From: Dehalococcoidia bacterium
GTDB taxonomy: Bacteria > Chloroflexota > Dehalococcoidia > Dehalococcoidales > Fen-1064
Direction of reading: 5' to 3'
Length of the DNA stretch: 64,000 bases
Assembly: GCA_011170375.1 (NCBI GenBank)
Contig: DUEV01000006.1
Coordinates: 89,255-153,254 of the forward strand
Position 1 is the first letter of the stretch. The number at the start of each line of letters is the position of its first letter. The notes under the pieces are model-generated. The model did no database searches. It was not told the origin of the DNA and saw only the letters and a program-made list of their open reading frames with translations. Position numbers and translations under genes: made by a program. Below are positions 1 through 9,857 of this stretch, piece by piece.

Positions 1-515
1 GTGGACGGGACGTGATTATTCTGCTTGATGGTATCACCCGCCTCACCCGCTCCTACAACCTGGCAATGCCCTCAAGCGGTCGCACTCTTTCCGGTGGTAT
101 TGACCCGGCCGCTCTGTACCCGGCCAAGCACTTCTTCGGCGCTGCCCGAAACACCGAGGAGGGTGGCAGTCTGACAATACTGGCCACCTGCCTGGTTGAT
201 ACCGGCAGCCGGATGGACGACCTTATTTACGAAGAGTTCAAGGGCACCGGCAACATGGAAGTACACCTTGACCGTCGTCTGGCACAACGCCGCATCTACC
301 CCGCCATTGACATCGAGCTAAGCGGCACCCGACGCGAGGAGTTGCTCCTGGATGAGAACACCTTAAAGCAGGTCTGGCTCCTGCGGCGCATGGTGGCCAT
401 GATTTCAGCCGACTCGACCAACTTCGTTGAAGCCACCGAACGTGTCCTCGACCGCCTGCGACGGGCCAAAGACAACGCACAATTCCTAGCTAGCCTGAGC
501 AAGGACTCCGAATAA
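1..515 (+). CDS. rho: Transcription termination factor Rho, C-terminal part (5'-truncated by window)
   Basis: [54 protein letters not shown] motifs. Confidence 0.97.
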   Translation, partial: GRDVIILLDGITRLTRSYNLAMPSSGRTLSGGIDPAALYPAKHFFGAARNTEEGGSLTILATCLVDTGSRMDDLIYEEFKGTGNMEVHLDRRLAQRRIYPAIDIELSGTRREELLLDENTLKQVWLLRRMVAMISADSTNFVEATERVLDRLRRAKDNAQFLASLSKDSE

Positions 516-618
516 GCAGGCAAGGTCATAACACCTTTTCTTAGCATCCTGTTCTCCCCGAGGATACTCCCAAGGGGGATATGCCCTTTCTCACAAACAG
601 AATGATTACAAACACTTT

Positions 619-806
619 CCAAGGGGGACACCCCCTTGGTATCCCCCGTAAAGAGGGGTTTCACCCCTCTTGAACACCCCAAAACGGCGAGAGAACAATT
701 TCTTATGCAAGTACCTTCGCACCTTATAGGCATACCTCACTATCAGGTTAGATACTCCCTATTTACCACAGACTAAGAAGAGAGTTTAAGAGGGCTACGC
801 CCTCTT
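619..806. repeat. Cluster of short REP-like GC palindromes in the rho-uvrC spacer
   Basis: ccaaggggg-aca-cccccttgg (619-639), aagagggg-tttca-cccctctt (651-671), aagagggc-tac-gccctctt (788-806). Confidence 0.6.
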
Positions 807-950
807 TTTCCTTAAGGGTGGCGGGTGGGAAAAGATAGATTGGGGATGGGGCCACCACCACCAAACAGAGGGCTATTACTGAACAAATTAACTTGCCAAA
901 AACCGAAATAAGGGGTTAAGCTTGGGGGAGGACAGTATCAGGGGGCCGAT

Positions 951-2786
951 TTGACGAGCAGCCTGATAATCGAACAGCTCAAGCAGTTACCTGCCAGCCC
1001 CGGTGTCTACCTGATGAAGGACACCGAAGGGAACATCCTTTACGTGGGCAAGGCCGCCGACCTCAGCCAGCGGGTACGGTCATATTTCAGCCCCGGGCAG
1101 AACCTGCCCTACAAGCTCCAGCAGATGGTTGGTAAGGCTCACGACATCGATTTCTATGTTACCAACCTCGACCAGGAAGCCCTCATCCTCGAACTGAACC
1201 TGATAAAGCAACACCACCCCCCTTACAACGTCCGTCTCAAGGATGACAAGACCTTCCCGTACCTCAAGATTTCGCTTAATAAAGAATGGCCCAGGGCATA
1301 TTTTACCCGCCGCCTGGAAGAGGACGGGGGACGCTACTTCGGGCCTTTCGCCAGCGCTAAATCGGTACGCCAGACACTCAAAGCGCTGAAGAGAATTTTC
1401 CCTTTCCGCTCCTGCTCTAAACCTATCACGGGTACCGACTCCAGGGCCTGTCTCGAATACCACATGAACCAGTGTGTCGGGCCATGTATCGGTGCTGTAA
1501 ACAAAGAAGAATATGCCGATGTCATCAGACAGGTCATCCTTTTCCTCGAGGGCAAGCAGGAGGTGGTCATCCGGGAGCTGGATAAAAAAATGCAGCAGGC
1601 CTCCAGGGCTCTCGAATTCGAGAAGGCTGCGATAATAAGAGACCAAATCGAGGCGATAAACAACGTGATAGAAGGACAAAGAATCGCCGATGTTACCAGC
1701 GATGAACAGGACGTTATCGCCTTCGCCCAGAATAGAAACCAGGCCTGTGTCCAGGTCTTCTTTGTCCGGGGTGGCCGGCTGATAGGCCGGGAGAGCTTTA
1801 CCATGCAGGGCACCCGTTCCGAAGAACCCATTCACATCATGTCCAGTTTCGTGAAGCAGTTCTACTCCTCCGCCCCGTATATTCCACCACTACTGTTACT
1901 GCAGCATCCGTTGGAAGACCAGGCGGCCATCGAGGAATGGCTTCAGGGAAAACGGGCAGGGCGAGTACGTATCCGGGTACCGCGCCGGGGCAACAAGAAG
2001 CGGCTGGTCAATATCGTCGCCGAAAATGCCGCACAGGGCCTCCAGCAGATGAAGCTCAGGCAACTGGCGGCCCCGGCAGCCCTGACGGCCGCACTGGAAG
2101 AGTTGGAAAAGGAGCTACGCCTCCCCCACACACCCTCCCGCCTCGAGGGGTACGACATCTCCAACATTCAGGGAAAAGGGGCGGTGGGCAGCATGGTGGT
2201 CTTCGACCAGGGCAGGCCCAAGCCCTCCCTCTACCGGCGCTTCCGCATCAAGACCGTCGAGGGGCCGGACGATTACGCCATGCTCCAGGAAGTGCTCCAG
2301 CGACGTTTCAAGAGAAGCGGTGGCAAGAACAATGAGACCTTAAAATCAGATACCTGGTCAGTCATGCCCGACCTCGTCCTTATTGACGGCGGTAAGGGAC
2401 AGCTCAATGCCGCCCTTTCGGCAATTGAGGAGGTCGGTGTTAAGTCAGTTCCTGTCGCCAGTCTGGCCAAGGAGAACGAGGAGGTCTTCATCCCGCAACG
2501 GAAAGAGCCGATAGTCCTCCCCGCGACCTCCCCCGGCCTGCAACTACTGCAACGCCTCCGCGACGAGGCTCACCGCTTCGCCGTGGGCTATCACCGCAAG
2601 GTCCGCCGCAAACAGACCTTTGATTCCTCGCTGGACGCCATACCGGGCATCGGCCCGAGGCGTAAACGTGCCCTGCTCCGACAGTTCGGCTCGGTGCGTG
2701 GCATCCGCGAGGCCTCCGTGGAGGAACTGGCTTCCGCAAAGGGTATGTCCATGAGTCTGGCCAGGAAAATAAAAGAATATCTGTAA
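951..2786 (+). CDS. uvrC: Excinuclease ABC subunit C
   Basis: GIY-YIG (PGVY, YVGKA), UVR domain, EGYDISN, DLVLIDGGKGQL, RLRDEAHRFA, C-terminal HhH. Confidence 0.98.
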   Translation: MTSSLIIEQLKQLPASPGVYLMKDTEGNILYVGKAADLSQRVRSYFSPGQNLPYKLQQMVGKAHDIDFYVTNLDQEALILELNLIKQHHPPYNVRLKDDKTFPYLKISLNKEWPRAYFTRRLEEDGGRYFGPFASAKSVRQTLKALKRIFPFRSCSKPITGTDSRACLEYHMNQCVGPCIGAVNKEEYADVIRQVILFLEGKQEVVIRELDKKMQQASRALEFEKAAIIRDQIEAINNVIEGQRIADVTSDEQDVIAFAQNRNQACVQVFFVRGGRLIGRESFTMQGTRSEEPIHIMSSFVKQFYSSAPYIPPLLLLQHPLEDQAAIEEWLQGKRAGRVRIRVPRRGNKKRLVNIVAENAAQGLQQMKLRQLAAPAALTAALEELEKELRLPHTPSRLEGYDISNIQGKGAVGSMVVFDQGRPKPSLYRRFRIKTVEGPDDYAMLQEVLQRRFKRSGGKNNETLKSDTWSVMPDLVLIDGGKGQLNAALSAIEEVGVKSVPVASLAKENEEVFIPQRKEPIVLPATSPGLQLLQRLRDEAHRFAVGYHRKVRRKQTFDSSLDAIPGIGPRRKRALLRQFGSVRGIREASVEELASAKGMSMSLARKIKEYL

Positions 2787-2813
2787 TTACTCTCTCCTGT
2801 CCTTATTACTGCA

Positions 2814-3599
2814 ATGAATGTACCAATAAAGTTACCTCAATCATTTAGTGCCATTACGACCGGATATACCTGGAGTGAGGTGACGATTGGCAAGTCCACG
2901 GCAAAGACCTATCGTCTGCAGCATCGCCATCAGCCAACCATGTTCCTGAAGATAGACCAGAAATGGCCAAAGAGAGAACTACTAGAAGAAAAGAAGGTGC
3001 TGGAGTGGCTTTCGGGCAAATTACCTGTAGCCACCGTGTTATTTTTCGATGAGGATGACGATAATGAATATCTGCTAATATCTGGGATTCCAGGAACGGA
3101 TGCCGCGAACTTAATCGGCAGCATTAATAACACCAACCTAGTTATCCTTGTCGCAAAGGGGCTTCGGATGATTCGCGGAGTTCCTATTGCTGAATGCCCG
3201 TTTGAAAGAAGACTGGATAGAGTAATTACACTCGCTGAGTTTAACGTAAAACACAAGCTCGTCCATGAATGGGATTTTGCTGACATCAGGCACGGAAAAA
3301 CGGCCGAAGAACTGTATGAGGAACTCCTACTCCTGAGGCCAGCGGATGAGGACCTGGTTTTCACCCACGGAGACTACTGCCTTCCGAATATCATGATTCA
3401 CCAAAAAGAGATTGCAGGGTTTATCGATTTGCATAGAGCGGGCATCGCAGACCGGTATCAGGATATTGCTCTGGCAATAAGGAGCATAAGGTATAACATA
3501 GGCCCCGGTTACGAACAGGTTTTCCTCCAAGAATATGGAATTACCGAACCTGACGTCAATAAAATGGAGTACTACATGCTACTGGACGAATTCTTTTAG
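2814..3599 (+). CDS. APH(3')-family aminoglycoside phosphotransferase-like protein
   Basis: LEWLSGKLPV, DLVFTHGDYCLPNI, GFIDL-RAGIADRYQDIAL, C-terminal YYMLLDEFF. Confidence 0.88.
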   Translation: MNVPIKLPQSFSAITTGYTWSEVTIGKSTAKTYRLQHRHQPTMFLKIDQKWPKRELLEEKKVLEWLSGKLPVATVLFFDEDDDNEYLLISGIPGTDAANLIGSINNTNLVILVAKGLRMIRGVPIAECPFERRLDRVITLAEFNVKHKLVHEWDFADIRHGKTAEELYEELLLLRPADEDLVFTHGDYCLPNIMIHQKEIAGFIDLHRAGIADRYQDIALAIRSIRYNIGPGYEQVFLQEYGITEPDVNKMEYYMLLDEFF

Positions 3600-3700
3600 A
3601 CGTCCCGCTCTCTCTAAAACGAGGGTTAACAGATACTCCATTTAGTATAGTAAAATACAATATAAATTGACGGACAAAGGCTTTTAAAGCTGGAGAAGAA

Positions 3701-4690
3701 ATGCCAGCAAACTTAACGCCTGCCTATTTCGAGGCCGAGAAGAGGTTCCGGGAGGCCAAAGCCAACCAGGACAAGATTGCCGCCTTGGAAGAGATGCTGG
3801 CGGTCATGCCCAAGCACAAGGGAACCGACCATCTTAAGGCCGACCTCAGGAGAAAAATCGCCAAGCTGACTCAGGCATCCGAGCGAAAAACGGCCACACA
3901 GCGCGCCTCAATGGTGCTCCCCAAAGAGGGGGCCGCTCAGGTGGTCATTGTCGGACTGCCCAATGCCGGTAAGTCCCAGCTTGTGGACGGTATCACCAAG
4001 GCCACCCCCACCGTGGCCGACTATCCTTTCACCACGCAGAACGCCACCCCGGGGATGATGGAGTTCGAGAACATCAAGATACAATTGGTCGACATGCCGC
4101 CACTGGTGTCCGGCTCGACACAATTCTGGGTACCGCCGATGCTGAGAAGGGCCGATGCCCTGATTATCATGGTAGACCTCAGCGATACCCCACTTGACCA
4201 GCTGGTGGAAATCTCCATGCAACTGGAAGAGTTGAAAATTGGCATCGGGGAAAAGAAGTCGGAGGAAGAAGCGCCCGGCTGGACATGGAAAAAGGCCCTC
4301 ATCATCGGCAGCAAACTAGACCTGCCCGAAGAGAACGGTACCGCCGAGGCAGACCTACAGGCCCTCCGGGATGAATACAAGGGCCAGGTGCCGGTGCTGG
4401 GCATCTCAGCGAAAAACGGTACCGGTTTGGAAGACCTGCGACTCAAGGTATTCGAGGTACTGGACATTATCCGGGTCTACACCAAGACACCGGGGCAAAA
4501 GCCAGACCTGAACGACCCCATCATTTTGGAGCGAGGGAGCACGCTGGCCGACGCCGCCGAGGACGTGCACAAGGACTTCCGCGCTAAGCTGAAATTTGCC
4601 CGTCTCTGGGGCTCGGGGAAGCACGATGGCGTCATGGTGAAGCGTGACCACGTGCTGGAAGACGGCGACATCATCGAGCTGCACATCTAG
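3701..4690 (+). CDS. OBG/DRG-family GTPase with TGS domain
   Basis: MPANL start, PKHKGTDHL, GLPNAGKS, DYPFTT, IQLVD, C-terminal TGS (DHVLEDGDIIELH). Confidence 0.92.
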   Translation: MPANLTPAYFEAEKRFREAKANQDKIAALEEMLAVMPKHKGTDHLKADLRRKIAKLTQASERKTATQRASMVLPKEGAAQVVIVGLPNAGKSQLVDGITKATPTVADYPFTTQNATPGMMEFENIKIQLVDMPPLVSGSTQFWVPPMLRRADALIIMVDLSDTPLDQLVEISMQLEELKIGIGEKKSEEEAPGWTWKKALIIGSKLDLPEENGTAEADLQALRDEYKGQVPVLGISAKNGTGLEDLRLKVFEVLDIIRVYTKTPGQKPDLNDPIILERGSTLADAAEDVHKDFRAKLKFARLWGSGKHDGVMVKRDHVLEDGDIIELHI

Positions 4691-4749
4691 CAATTTGACA
4701 GTCTGCTAAGGGTGGGAGTAGCATAGCGGCAGAGGAGAGAGGAATTTCC

Positions 4750-5583
4750 ATGAACATCCTGGTAACCAATGACGACGGTATCGAGGCCCCTGGTCTCTGG
4801 GCACTGGCCGAGGCGATGAGCCGGGTGGGTAACACCATGGTCGTTGCCCCCACCGAGCAGAAAAGTGGTGCCGGTACTTCTGTCTCCCTGCACAGTGGCA
4901 TGAGAGTCGATGAGGTGCCCTCAAAAATATCTGGTATCGAGGCCTATGCCGTCGATGGCACACCGAGCGACTGTGTGATCGTCGGCCTACGACAGCTTGC
5001 CAAGGGACGGCACATCGATATGGTCATCTCCGGGATTAACGCCGGGGCCAATACCGGCCGCGATATCCCCTACTCCGGCACCGTCATGGCCACGCTCCAG
5101 GGCTACTTCCGCAGGATACCATCGATAGCCGTATCCCTGGCCTATAGAGAACGTGGCGAAGAGCTACGCTTCGATGTCGCCGCCATGGTAGCCGAGTCAC
5201 TGGCGCGCCGGGTAGAGGGCGGTAATATGCCGACCGACGTTATCATCAACACAAACATCCCCAATATCCCCCTGTCAGAAATTAAGGGTATGGTCACCAC
5301 CCGGGCTGCCGCCGGCTCCTACTATAGTATCCCCAGGAGCAGGGATAGTGACGTTACGAATATCTCGGTGACCAGTCTACCCACCATAGCCGACTTCCCT
5401 CATCAGGTAGGGGGTCTGAAGCCTGTTATCGAGGAAGGAACAGACATCTGGGCAATCATGTCCGACATGATATCGATTACCCCGTTGCGTATCGATGTTA
5501 CCGACCACGATTCCCTCGAGGCCCTGGAAGGACACGTCACAGCACTACAGTCCGACTTGCTTAGCGATGGTAGGAGGCTATAG
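4750..5583 (+). CDS. surE: 5'/3'-nucleotidase SurE
   Basis: ILVTNDDG, DGTPSDCV, SGINAGAN, YSGTV, ISITPL. Confidence 0.95.
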   Translation: MNILVTNDDGIEAPGLWALAEAMSRVGNTMVVAPTEQKSGAGTSVSLHSGMRVDEVPSKISGIEAYAVDGTPSDCVIVGLRQLAKGRHIDMVISGINAGANTGRDIPYSGTVMATLQGYFRRIPSIAVSLAYRERGEELRFDVAAMVAESLARRVEGGNMPTDVIINTNIPNIPLSEIKGMVTTRAAAGSYYSIPRSRDSDVTNISVTSLPTIADFPHQVGGLKPVIEEGTDIWAIMSDMISITPLRIDVTDHDSLEALEGHVTALQSDLLSDGRRL

Positions 5584-5591
5584 GAGACGGC

Positions 5592-5807
5592 ATGCCGATA
5601 CGACCGAGCTGGTACGAAGACTACTGGGACAAGCAGGACAAGGACGTCTCCGACAAGGTGAGAACGACCTGCCCCCGGTGCGGTAGCTCCCGGACATACT
5701 ACAACCAGCAGTACAAGGTCTGGCGCTGCGGCCGCTGCGAGCACTCCTTTATCATTGAGGGGATGGGCCGGAGGTCCTGGTGGAAGCGACTCTTCGGGAG
5801 GGGATAG
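5592..5807 (+). CDS. Small zinc-ribbon protein
   Basis: CPRCG...CGRC pair; RBS aggag upstream; follows surE directly. Confidence 0.7.
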   Translation: MPIRPSWYEDYWDKQDKDVSDKVRTTCPRCGSSRTYYNQQYKVWRCGRCEHSFIIEGMGRRSWWKRLFGRG

Positions 5808-5923
5808 TTCATATCCCACCCACCCACCCCCTTTTTTGGTATATCGACCAGCTTCGATTAATATCTCGCAGTGTAAGGGCAAACCACAATGCCCCAAAAC
5901 ACTGACCCCTGAAGAGGTGAGAG

Positions 5924-7159
5924 ATGCTGGAGAGGAAAACCGGTATTCCCTTAGCTCCGCAGGAGCTGGATAAACAGAAAATTACCAGCGACATCTATAC
6001 CGTCCAGTGCGGCGTCGTCCGACAGGATGCCCACACGGAATACACGAGCTGGGTAATCACCGATGACGGTGTCGTCATAATCGACCCGGGCAGTTACCGG
6101 GTGTGCACCATGCTCAGGGAAGAGCTGGACAAGGCCGGCCAGCCGGTCAAGTATCTCATCTATACTCACACGCATGGCGACCACATTGGCGGGGCGGCTG
6201 CCTTTCTCGACCAGGAACCAAAGGTCATCGCCCACGAAAACACACTGGAACGGTTACGCCGCTATGAAGTGAGCGCCGGTTATATCCGGCGTATCAACAG
6301 CATCCAGTTCCATTTCAATATTCCGGCCGGTACTCCGCGGCGGCGCTTCCCGCCGGTCTATCCTACCGATACATACCACCAGGAGTACCGTTTTGAACTG
6401 GGAGGAAAGACCTTCGAACTGTTCCACGCCAAGGGCGAGACCGATGACTTCACTGTCATCTGGGTACCGCAGCTAAAAGCCATCTTCCTCGGTGACTTGC
6501 TCGAGGCTTCCTTTCCCAACCTGGGCAACCCTTTCAAGGTGATGCGCTATGCCCGCGAGTGGGCTATAGCGCTGGAAAAGGCTCTTGCCCTTAAGCCCGA
6601 ATTCGCTATAGGCGGTGACTGCATTCTGACCGATAATAAGGAAATCAACGAAGTCCTGAGCGTGAATATCGAGCTGTTTAACTACCTGGAGAGCTCCGTT
6701 GTCCGAGCAGCCAATGATGGCCACAACCTGGAACAGATGATTGAAGAAATTCAGCTCCCGCCTCACCTGGCCGATAGCCCGTATCTGAAGCAGGTCTACT
6801 CCCGGCGGGAGTTTGCCATCTACAATATCTGGCGGCGTTACTGCGGCTACTTTGACTTCTCGCCATCCGGGCTGCTACCACGACCCAAGCGGGAGGTTGC
6901 CGGGGTGGCGCGCCAGCTGATTGACAACGACCAGGCCATTCTGCACAGAGCTGAGGAGTTGATGCGCCAAGGCGAGTTACAGCTCGCTCTGGAAACGCTG
7001 GATATCATCCTGAAAGTGGACTACGAGGATACGGCAGCACGGAGACTGAGGCACGAGATACTCCAGAAGATGGTGGAGACTGATGAGTGTCTGATGTCCC
7101 GCAATGTCTGGGTCCACTACCTTGAAGAGGATGAAAGCTTTCTGGGGCAGGAAAGCTGA
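5924..7159 (+). CDS. MBL-fold alkyl-sulfatase-like hydrolase
   Basis: THTHGDHIGG motif, HAKGETDD, FPNLGNP, C-terminal dimerisation-like region. Confidence 0.85.
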   Translation: MLERKTGIPLAPQELDKQKITSDIYTVQCGVVRQDAHTEYTSWVITDDGVVIIDPGSYRVCTMLREELDKAGQPVKYLIYTHTHGDHIGGAAAFLDQEPKVIAHENTLERLRRYEVSAGYIRRINSIQFHFNIPAGTPRRRFPPVYPTDTYHQEYRFELGGKTFELFHAKGETDDFTVIWVPQLKAIFLGDLLEASFPNLGNPFKVMRYAREWAIALEKALALKPEFAIGGDCILTDNKEINEVLSVNIELFNYLESSVVRAANDGHNLEQMIEEIQLPPHLADSPYLKQVYSRREFAIYNIWRRYCGYFDFSPSGLLPRPKREVAGVARQLIDNDQAILHRAEELMRQGELQLALETLDIILKVDYEDTAARRLRHEILQKMVETDECLMSRNVWVHYLEEDESFLGQES

Positions 7160-7218
7160 TAAGACCTGATGAGAAGACATCCCTCGTGGAAGAGTCTTCT
7201 TAGTAGGGGGTAGTTAAT

Positions 7219-7980
7219 ATGCCTCAAGAATCACCACCAAAACCACTGAAATGGTACCGGAAGCTGGCCGCCCGGAAGGGTCGGCTGGAGGCAGATGCCT
7301 TTATCGTCGAGGGGGAGCGGGCGGTGAGGCAGGTCGCAGAAAGCCTGCCTGAGGAGGTACTTGAAATCGTCACGGTGGAAGGGATAGCCACCCCATATCC
7401 CCGCTACCCACACCGGACTGTTACCGAAAGCCAGTTCCGCAGCATCTCCCAAGCACAGACCCCCCAGGGACTGCTGGCGGTTGTCCGGCCACCGTGGCTG
7501 ACATATACCGATAACCTGCCCCTCGACCCCGGTAGAAGGCTCCTCCTGCTGGAGGACATCCAAGACCCGGGAAACGTCGGCACGCTCATCCGCACCGCCG
7601 CCGCCCTCGGTTTCTCCGGAGTTATCCTCACCGAAAAGTGCGCCGACCCCTTTTCGCCGAAGTGCGTGCAGGCTTCCGCCGGTAGCATACTGTCAATCTG
7701 GCTGAGAAGGACAGATGAGTACCTAGAGATGGTCAAAGCCCTTAAGAAGCGGGGCTATTTAGTGCTGGCCGCCGACCTCGACGGCAAGGAAGACACGTCG
7801 GTATTTAATAAGCGGAGACTGTTACTGCTGGCACTGGGCAATGAGGCGGCCGGACTTTCCAAAGAGACGCTGGCCGTTTCCGACTACCAGCTTAGGCTCC
7901 CAATTGTCCGTGAAAAGGCGGAATCCCTGAACGTCGCCGCCTGCGGGGCAATCTTTATGTACCTTGTCACCCGGAAGTAA
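7219..7980 (+). CDS. TrmH/SpoU-family RNA methyltransferase
   Basis: IQDPGNVGTLIRTA, LGNEAAG, ESLNVA SPOUT motifs. Confidence 0.93.
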   Translation: MPQESPPKPLKWYRKLAARKGRLEADAFIVEGERAVRQVAESLPEEVLEIVTVEGIATPYPRYPHRTVTESQFRSISQAQTPQGLLAVVRPPWLTYTDNLPLDPGRRLLLLEDIQDPGNVGTLIRTAAALGFSGVILTEKCADPFSPKCVQASAGSILSIWLRRTDEYLEMVKALKKRGYLVLAADLDGKEDTSVFNKRRLLLLALGNEAAGLSKETLAVSDYQLRLPIVREKAESLNVAACGAIFMYLVTRK

Positions 7981-8856
7981 CTACTGCCCGGCACCAGCAG
8001 CAGAGGCCTTCCTAGCCTGATACCTTACCTCGCCCTCACTGAAGAGCCTTTCCTCCTCCTCGGTGGCGATTATCAGCGGGGGTACCTCGGTCGGCCTGCC
8101 CTCGACATCGAGGGCTACCATAACAACATAGGCAGTCAACGCCTCGACCCTTTGTCCAGCAAGGAGGTCTTCCATCTCAATCCGGACCTGCACCTCCATT
8201 GAGGAACGACTGGTGAAGGTGAGCCGCCCGCGGACAATTACCAGGCTGCCGACCCGGACCGGGGTGCGGAAGATAATGTCGTCCACTCGGCCGGTGACGA
8301 TATTGGTACGGCAGTGCCGGGCTGCCACGACACCAGCGGCATTGTCCATCAGCTTCATTAGCTCGCCGCCGTGGACAAAACCGGCCGGATTCGCCTGATT
8401 GGGCAACATCACCTGTGCCATCTCGACCGCCGAATGGCTCACCGTCCTGCCCTCGAACTCCCCGCCCTTCTCAAACCCCTCGCGTAGCTTTTGATAGTTC
8501 GCCTCATGTCTCGCCTCGACCTTGCTCATCCGGCGGAAGAAATCGGCAATCTCGGTAAAGCCCTCCGCCTCAGCGGTCTCGGCCGCCTCGGGGTAGAAAC
8601 GGGTTGCCTCGAGATGCTCACCTCCGATTGCCCGCTCAAGGTTCTCCGCAACGTCACCGGCACCACCGAGAAACTCGAACTCGTGCCGGGCATGTTCCGC
8701 CTCATTCATCGCTGTGGCAGCAAACAGGTCGGCAATCTGCTCCAGACCGGCCTGCCTGGCAGCATCGGCAAAATAGCGGTAGCGGGCACTGACGCCCACC
8801 TCCGCCGAAAAGGCTTTCAACAGTACTTCCTCAGTTTTGCTTCCCTTCAGTTCCAT
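7981..8856 (-). CDS. Rubrerythrin (diiron) domain fused to hotdog acyl-CoA thioesterase
   Basis: MELKGSKTE start, NEAEH and VEARH diiron motifs; then ANPAGFVHGGELMKLMD thioesterase motif; ATG 8856 follows RBS ggaggg. Confidence 0.85.
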   Translation of the reverse strand: MELKGSKTEEVLLKAFSAEVGVSARYRYFADAARQAGLEQIADLFAATAMNEAEHARHEFEFLGGAGDVAENLERAIGGEHLEATRFYPEAAETAEAEGFTEIADFFRRMSKVEARHEANYQKLREGFEKGGEFEGRTVSHSAVEMAQVMLPNQANPAGFVHGGELMKLMDNAAGVVAARHCRTNIVTGRVDDIIFRTPVRVGSLVIVRGRLTFTSRSSMEVQVRIEMEDLLAGQRVEALTAYVVMVALDVEGRPTEVPPLIIATEEEERLFSEGEVRYQARKASAAGAGQ

Positions 8857-8869
8857 GATAATCCCCCTC

Positions 8870-9703
8870 CTAGAGTACGTACCTCTCAACGGCAGTCGCC
8901 ACACCACTGTGCTCAACATCAGGAACAATATGGTCGGCTACGGCTTTCAACTCATCAGGAGCATTAGCAACGGCAATCCCCAGCCCGGCCGCTGTCAACA
9001 ACGAGATGTCATTGGTACCATCGCCGATAGCCACGACCTGAGACAGCGGTATCCCCAGAAACGCCGCCAGCTCCTCCAAGGCCTTTCCCTTGGATACCTT
9101 CAGGCTGATAATATTCACCAGGTCTACATCGGGATAGACCGGTGTCTTTGTCCACGTGAAGTTGAGGCGGCCCTCGAAGTGACGGCAGAAAAGACGGGCC
9201 TGCGCCTTCTCTTCCGCCGAGCGCATCACCAGTGTCCCCTTGATAATACGCTCCTGCAGCCACACCTGGCTTAAGTCCGTGACGGTCGGCTCAAGCCCGA
9301 AGAACTTGCGGCGTATCTCAGTCCCCCAGTCCTCCTGCTTGACGTACAAATGGGTAGAGGAAAAGAGTTCAATCCTCATTTCCTGCTGATAAGCGAACTC
9401 GCCCATTTCCTTCACCAGTTCCGGTAATACCGGCTCCACGTAGACCTCTATATCACCGTGAACGTCAGCCACCAGGGCACCGTCAAAGAAGACATGATAT
9501 CCATCGAGCGAAAGTAACTCAAGAGTCTTCTGACAGGCCTGGGTCACCCGGCCGGTTGACAGGGCAACATGGACGCCTGCCTGTCTGGCACTGGCCAGTG
9601 CCTGCCTGTCCGTATCAGAAATGACACCAGCCTGGTTTATCAGCGTGCCGTCGATATCCACCACCAGGAGACGGGGGCGCTTTGTCAAGCCTTTTTCCTC
9701 CAT
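8870..9703 (-). CDS. Cof-type HAD-IIB hydrolase
   Basis: DIDGTL, STGR, SKGKAL, AIGDGTNDISLL. Confidence 0.93.
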   Translation of the reverse strand: MEEKGLTKRPRLLVVDIDGTLINQAGVISDTDRQALASARQAGVHVALSTGRVTQACQKTLELLSLDGYHVFFDGALVADVHGDIEVYVEPVLPELVKEMGEFAYQQEMRIELFSSTHLYVKQEDWGTEIRRKFFGLEPTVTDLSQVWLQERIIKGTLVMRSAEEKAQARLFCRHFEGRLNFTWTKTPVYPDVDLVNIISLKVSKGKALEELAAFLGIPLSQVVAIGDGTNDISLLTAAGLGIAVANAPDELKAVADHIVPDVEHSGVATAVERYVL

Positions 9704-9744
9704 ATTGACCGATAGTAAACAGTGGAATTATGTCAATCTGTAGA

Positions 9745-9774
9745 TTGACGGACAGGTTCGCACTATGTTATATT
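9745..9774 (+). promoter_or_regulatory. Probable sigma70 promoter of tRNA-Met
   Basis: TTGACG then TATATT 18 nt later with TG extension, about 10 nt before the tRNA. Confidence 0.55.
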
Positions 9775-9784
9775 TGACCTGCAC

Positions 9785-9857
<73 letters not shown>

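Noticed and set aside
1080..1835. Long antisense ORFs, here and over most genes in the ORF track
   Set aside because: They are shadow frames of well-supported genes on the opposite strand and have no recognisable motifs.
5877..5920. gggcaaacc as the start of a c-di-GMP-I riboswitch
   Set aside because: The GNRA stem, GACGCAAA segment and P2 receptor are absent.
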